A stretch of 59,275 nucleotides of DNA from a virus (lineage: Duplodnaviria; Caudoviricetes), in the IMG/VR virus record IMGVR_UViG_3300044468_000011, positions 1-59,275 of that record. The stretch is one strand, 5' to 3'. Made by a program: the position numbers and the translations under genes. A model generated the notes under the pieces. The model was given only the letters and a program-made list of their open reading frames with translations, searched no databases and was not told the DNA's origin. Position 1 is the first letter of the stretch. Each line of letters starts with the position of its first letter. Positions 55,055 to 59,275 of this stretch are shown here, in pieces.

Positions 55055-55409
55055 CCAGCAGGTAGAGAGGATCGCACCAGAGCACACCGGGGTAGAGGAC
55101 TGCCGGCGGGTAAGCGACGAGGAGATTGCGAAGATGGCCGTGGACGCGGCCCGAGCGGCGGCGCTCGTCTTCGCGGCGAACGGCTGGACCTACGGTCGAG
55201 GAGTCGAGCGGTTCACGCCGAGCGAGGCTCACCTCAGGAACACCATCCACCGTCTGCTCGTCAACGCCCGGGCGGGCGGTCGTGACACGTCGGTCGGAAC
55301 CGGCCGCTTCAACGTCCATCGCTTCATTCAGGACGGCGAGGAAGTGCTCCAGGTCGACCTTGGCCTGAGTGACAGCGATGAGGAGGTGGTCCGAAATGTC
55401 CGGCCCTGA
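55047..55409 (+). CDS. Hypothetical protein
   Basis: FAANGWTY..GTGRF. Confidence 0.75.
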   Translation: MSDQQVERIAPEHTGVEDCRRVSDEEIAKMAVDAARAAALVFAANGWTYGRGVERFTPSEAHLRNTIHRLLVNARAGGRDTSVGTGRFNVHRFIQDGEEVLQVDLGLSDSDEEVVRNVRP

Positions 55410-56196
55410 CACCGGAGTAGAGGAGGCGGTTGAGGGACTTCAGCGGTTTGTCCCCGGCATGGCCGACGTGGGACACCAGGACGGCAGCGAATACCCGACG
55501 ATCAAGCCGCACGACGAAGGGGATCTTCTGCGACGAGCGGACGTGCTCGCCGCCATCCAGCCCTTCCTTACCCAGCCCTCTCTCGCCACGATCCGCGCGA
55601 CCCTGCTCCGTGACGAGGTGGTCGATGCGGTCGCCGAAGAAAACGCGATCCAGGAGCTGTACGGCCACTGGGAGGACATCCCGAGCCGCGAGAACAAGGG
55701 AGCCCGCCAACGCCAGCGCTACGCGCAACTCGCCAAGAAACGCGGCGTGCAGGAGTCGTGGAAAGAGGGCGCCCGGCGCGACATCGAGCGCTTTCTTGAT
55801 CTTCTCGCCGCGCATCTTCCCCAGCCCGAGAAGAACAGCGGCGGGGTAGAGGAGGCGAAGTGGCCGGACGGTCAGCGCGGCGAGAGATCCATCGCCGTTT
55901 GCCCCGAGCACGGATTCATCGACCAGGACCACCTCCAGTGGGACGGCAAGGAGTTCCACAACCTCTGCTTCTGCGGTGAGACCTGCGAGTTCGTCTCGGT
56001 GTTGCCCGCCCCCTCCCAGCCCCAGCTCTCCGATGAGGACCGGGAGCGGCTCAACCTGACCGCGCAGATGTGCGAGCTGCGAGTTGCCGACCTTGAGGCG
56101 GATGACTCACCCGTCTCGGCGGCTCACTGGCGAGAGGCGGCGAAGCACCTCCGCAAGCTCGCCTCCCAGCAAGGAGAGGGCGGTGATCGCTCGTGA
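55396..56196 (+). CDS. Mosaic hypothetical protein
   Basis: GGAGGT RBS; internal linker motifs; CPEHG..CFCG; DRERLN module. Confidence 0.75.
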   Translation: MSGPDTGVEEAVEGLQRFVPGMADVGHQDGSEYPTIKPHDEGDLLRRADVLAAIQPFLTQPSLATIRATLLRDEVVDAVAEENAIQELYGHWEDIPSRENKGARQRQRYAQLAKKRGVQESWKEGARRDIERFLDLLAAHLPQPEKNSGGVEEAKWPDGQRGERSIAVCPEHGFIDQDHLQWDGKEFHNLCFCGETCEFVSVLPAPSQPQLSDEDRERLNLTAQMCELRVADLEADDSPVSAAHWREAAKHLRKLASQQGEGGDRS

Positions 56197-56462
56197 GCGC
56201 CGCGACCGGGCGGATCAACCCGCGAGCCATCGACCGGGTGATGGCGGTGGTCGAGGCCGAGAGTGACGGCGACCACCTGACCTCGCACTGGATTCTCGCC
56301 CGCAAGGTGCTCGGCGAGTCCAAGCAGTTCGCCTTCGAAGTCGCGACCGCCTTCCGCCACCACCGCCTTACCCGCGCTGAGTGCGAGGGCATGGTCTCGG
56401 ACTGGCTGACCGACGAGAGCGAGTGCCAGCACCACGTATCCACCAAAGGCCAGGAGGAGTGA
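56193..56462 (+). CDS. Hypothetical protein
   Basis: Coupled array. Confidence 0.65.
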   Translation: MSAATGRINPRAIDRVMAVVEAESDGDHLTSHWILARKVLGESKQFAFEVATAFRHHRLTRAECEGMVSDWLTDESECQHHVSTKGQEE

Positions 56463-56463
56463 G

Positions 56464-56958
56464 ATGGAAGCGATTGAGCAGCTCACGCATCGGACGCCCG
56501 ACGAAGAGCGCCAGAGGTCAAACGAAGCGGCGGGCCACACCCCCTGCGGTCACTGCGAAGGGACCGGAAACGAGCTGTACGCGATGTACCGGTGCTGCCC
56601 GGAGTGCGGCGGATCAGGGATCGAGGTCGAGTACGGCGAGCTTTCACCGCTCGGTCGCTGGTGGGCGGAACGTCGCGAGCAGCGGGAGCGCAAGCGCCTC
56701 GCCCGCAAGTACGCGCCGCCCCGCGACTGGAGGCTCGAAATCGCTTGGCGCGCCTCGCGCTGGTTCGGCATCGGCCAGTGTTTCGGCGGCGCAGAGACGT
56801 GCCATCGGTGCGGTGCTCCAGCCGGAGACATCGACTACGAAGTCCGCCGGGTCCGCCCGTTCCGGGTCGAGTGCCTAGACCGCGCCATGTGCGACGACGC
56901 TCGCGCCGAACTCGCCGCGTCCACCCAGCCCCGAGTCCAGGAGAGAGATCGTGGCTAG
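56464..56958 (+). CDS. Zn-finger protein (CxxCxGxG)
   Basis: CGHCEGTG..CPECGGSG..CHRCG. Confidence 0.75.
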   Translation: MEAIEQLTHRTPDEERQRSNEAAGHTPCGHCEGTGNELYAMYRCCPECGGSGIEVEYGELSPLGRWWAERREQRERKRLARKYAPPRDWRLEIAWRASRWFGIGQCFGGAETCHRCGAPAGDIDYEVRRVRPFRVECLDRAMCDDARAELAASTQPRVQERDRG

Positions 56959-57250
56959 GGAGGGGCAGAAGCAGGGCGGTTTCGCTCATGAAACCGTCGA
57001 GGAACGGTTTGGCTTCGCCAGCTTCGAGGACGCGCTGACGGCTTACCGCAACCAGACCTACACCGAACTGGTTCCCGGCGAGGAAGCGGAGGTCATCGCC
57101 CATGCGGCCCGGTGCGCCCGTGACCTCCAGTACGAGGTCGAAAACATCGTCCGCGATCTAGAGCGCGCCGCCGAGAAAGCCGCCGCGCAGGAGCCTGCCG
57201 CCTCCACCCCACAACCAGCAGACCAGCAGGAAGGAGAGCAGCGTGACTGA
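56951..57250 (+). CDS. Hypothetical protein
   Basis: Coupled array. Confidence 0.7.
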   Translation: MAREGQKQGGFAHETVEERFGFASFEDALTAYRNQTYTELVPGEEAEVIAHAARCARDLQYEVENIVRDLERAAEKAAAQEPAASTPQPADQQEGEQRD

Positions 57251-57479
57251 TTTGCCGAAAAAGGCTTACTGCGTCCGACGCCGGGTCCACGCGATAGACG
57301 AGATGTTGGTCTATGCCGACTCGGTCGAGCACGCGAAGGAACGGGCGAAGGCGGGCGAGTGGGTCTACACCGAGCGGCTGGAACGGCTGGAGATCCTCGA
57401 CACGCGCGCTGAACTAATCGAGGTCGCCTCAAAACGGCCATCTACCCAGCCCACCGGTAAGAAGCGAGGTGAGCAGTGA
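57243..57479 (+). CDS. Hypothetical protein
   Basis: VYADSVEHAKERA. Confidence 0.7.
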   Translation: MTDLPKKAYCVRRRVHAIDEMLVYADSVEHAKERAKAGEWVYTERLERLEILDTRAELIEVASKRPSTQPTGKKRGEQ

Positions 57480-58033
57480 ACGAGACCGCGACGATCGGAA
57501 TGGGCGGTCGCCTCCACGCCGGCGGCTCGAACGAGTGGTGGACGCCGCCCTTTATCTTCGAAGGTCTAGGCCTCGACTTCGATCTTGACCCCTGCGCGCC
57601 GATCGGCGGCCCCGCCCACGTCCCAGCCGCCACCTACTACACCGTCCTCGATGACGGCCTGCGCCGGCCCTGGGAGGGAAGGGTGTTTCTGAACCCCCCG
57701 TACGGCTCTGAGGCAAAGAGATGGGTGGCGAAGCTCATGGAGCACGGCAACGGGATCGCCCTCGTCTTCACGCGGACCGATGCGAAATGGGGACAGGCCG
57801 CCCTCCGGGCAGCCGATGCGGTCTGCTTCATCAAAGGTCGCCTCGCCTTCGAGGAGGGCTACCGGGAGGAGCGCGAAGAACGGGAACGCGCCGAAGGCAA
57901 GGAACCCAAGCGACCCGGCCACAACGCTGCCAACGGCTCGATGCTCCTCGCCTACGGGCCCGAGTGCGCCCGAGCGGTCCTCGACTGCGGCCTTGGAGTC
58001 TGCCTGGTTCCTGACCGGCGGGGTGAGCAGTGA
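57476..58033 (+). CDS. Phage DNA N6-adenine methyltransferase, copy 2
   Basis: EWWTPP, FDLDPC, FLNPPY, RTDAKW, FIKGRL. Confidence 0.9.
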   Translation: MNETATIGMGGRLHAGGSNEWWTPPFIFEGLGLDFDLDPCAPIGGPAHVPAATYYTVLDDGLRRPWEGRVFLNPPYGSEAKRWVAKLMEHGNGIALVFTRTDAKWGQAALRAADAVCFIKGRLAFEEGYREEREERERAEGKEPKRPGHNAANGSMLLAYGPECARAVLDCGLGVCLVPDRRGEQ

Positions 58034-58101
58034 GCCCCATAACGACGAACGCCCCCGAAGGGGCGCCATCGCTTACGGGACTCGTCGGGAAACTGGTCCC
58101 G

Positions 58102-58428
58102 TCAAGTCTGGGGCGCGGGGTCGTGGCTGCCGGACCGCTGGGCGTCCAAAGCCGCAACCTCTGCGTCGGTGGCCGGCCGAATTCCTTCGATCTTCGGCGA
58201 GCGCCAGGAGCGGTGCGCCGCAAGAATTGCCTCCGCCTTGTCACGGTCATAGCGGGACGCCTCCGCCGGATTCTCGGTCGAGGAGAACACGGCGCCTGCG
58301 TGTCCGTGCCCGTGCCCGTCGCCAAAGTGCGGGCCGGTTACGAAGACCCTGTCGGCCGGGTTGAACGGGACTCCGTTAAGCGAGCCCTCGCCCTTCATGC
58401 GAGTGATTACTACTTGCTTCGTGTCCAT
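58102..58428 (-). CDS. Cassette C cargo, hypothetical (108 aa, ends QT)
   Basis: GATAGAATGC -10, GAGGGG RBS, 3' hairpin plus GGCGCCCC-TTCG-GGGGCGTT terminator. Confidence 0.75.
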   Translation of the reverse strand: MDTKQVVITRMKGEGSLNGVPFNPADRVFVTGPHFGDGHGHGHAGAVFSSTENPAEASRYDRDKAEAILAAHRSWRSPKIEGIRPATDAEVAALDAQRSGSHDPAPQT

Positions 58429-58517
58429 CCGAGGTTTCCCCTCTCAGATCGGATTGCAGATACCTGCATTCTATCGGAGCGGTCAACCCCTACCCAGCAG
58501 GAACGGGGGGTGAGGGG

Positions 58518-59006
58518 GTGAGCATTTCGCTTGAAGATTTCGTTCGCGAATCGAACCGCATCGAGGGCATCCACCGCGAGCCGACCAAGCAGGAGGTCGC
58601 GGCGCATAGGCACTTCCTCGAAATCGAGGGGATGGTCCGCCCGTGGCACCTGCGCGATTTCGTTCTAGAGGTCGCCAACGCCCCCATGCGCTTAGAGCCG
58701 GGGATGAACGTCATCGTCGGCGGGCACCGGCCGATGGAGGGCGGGCCAATGGTCGGCTGGGAGCTGGACAACCTCTGCGACTACGCCGGAACTGAATTGC
58801 CCTCGCCCTACGAGCTTCACGTCCGCTACGAGCGCCTGCACCCGTTCATGGATGGCAACGGGCGGAGCGGGCGCGTGTGGTGGCTCTGGTACATGGAACG
58901 ACTCGGGATCTACGGGCTCGCTCTCCCGTTCCTCCACCGCTTCTACTACCAAGCGCTCGAAGCCTCCCGCGGTCCCTTCCAGCCACCTAAAGGAGAGAAG
59001 GGCTGA
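58518..59006 (+). CDS. Fic-domain protein (class II-type)
   Basis: HPFMDGNGRSGR; N-terminal SNRIEG inhibitory motif. Confidence 0.92.
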   Translation: MSISLEDFVRESNRIEGIHREPTKQEVAAHRHFLEIEGMVRPWHLRDFVLEVANAPMRLEPGMNVIVGGHRPMEGGPMVGWELDNLCDYAGTELPSPYELHVRYERLHPFMDGNGRSGRVWWLWYMERLGIYGLALPFLHRFYYQALEASRGPFQPPKGEKG

Positions 59007-59275
59007 TGGGGGTGGGCGGTCAGCGATTCGGGCGACTTCGCTTCTGGCTCGATGGTGGTTACGACCGCGATCAGGTCGAAGACTGCGAGTACCACCCCGA
59101 CCACAACTGGACGATCATCCGAATCCGGGACATCTACCCCGAGCACACTCCGGCCGACGAGCGCATGGCGATCTGCAAGGGCTGCTTTGTCCCCCGCTGC
59201 GGCTACACCACCGAACCGAATCCCTGCCTGCTACCTCGCCACCACGAAGGCGAGCACGAGCCCTCAGATGGCTGA
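59006..59275 (+). CDS. Cys/His-rich hypothetical protein
   Basis: ICKGCFVPRCG..CLLPRHH. Confidence 0.7.
   Translation: MGVGGQRFGRLRFWLDGGYDRDQVEDCEYHPDHNWTIIRIRDIYPEHTPADERMAICKGCFVPRCGYTTEPNPCLLPRHHEGEHEPSDG

Larger units (their letters stand above)
811..59275 (+). mobile_element. Prophage (siphovirus-like temperate actinophage), right end beyond window
   Basis: Terminase-portal-capsid-tail-tape measure-lysis synteny, CI-like repressor, RecT/exonuclease, replication initiator. Confidence 0.97.

Noticed and set aside
811-59275. Integrase/excisionase
   Set aside because: No serine or tyrosine recombinase motif found; presumably beyond the right edge.

Overview
GC-rich actinobacterial DNA; a Thermoleophilia/Solirubrobacterales host is inferred from the gene families. 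Bases 1-813 are a host Tad-domain/M15 peptidase gene that stops immediately after its last Zn-ligand His, the probable left integration junction. The rest (>58 kb) is one siphovirus-type prophage; its integrase and right end lie beyond the window. Order: RNA ligase and HTH regulator, tRNA cluster with structured spacers, packaging/head/tail genes, lysis genes interleaved with morons, a methyltransferase/peptide/wHTH locus, a CI/RHH switch, recombination and replication genes (iteron origin with a DnaA box), and a long modular array of small accessory genes. Best candidates for new biology: (1) an unannotated 19-aa peptide gene between a SAM methyltransferase and a wHTH regulator beside the immunity switch, a possible peptide-signalling module; (2) three minus-strand cassettes with conserved promoter/leader and 3' hairpin-terminator but unrelated cargo; (3) three triplets of AAGN-tetraloop hairpins in late-gene leaders; (4) a tRNA-flanked ~500-nt structured RNA and an anticodon-less tRNA-like cloverleaf; (5) a CI-like repressor with no canonical in-frame start. 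All calls come from reading the sequence by eye; no searches or folding programs were run.
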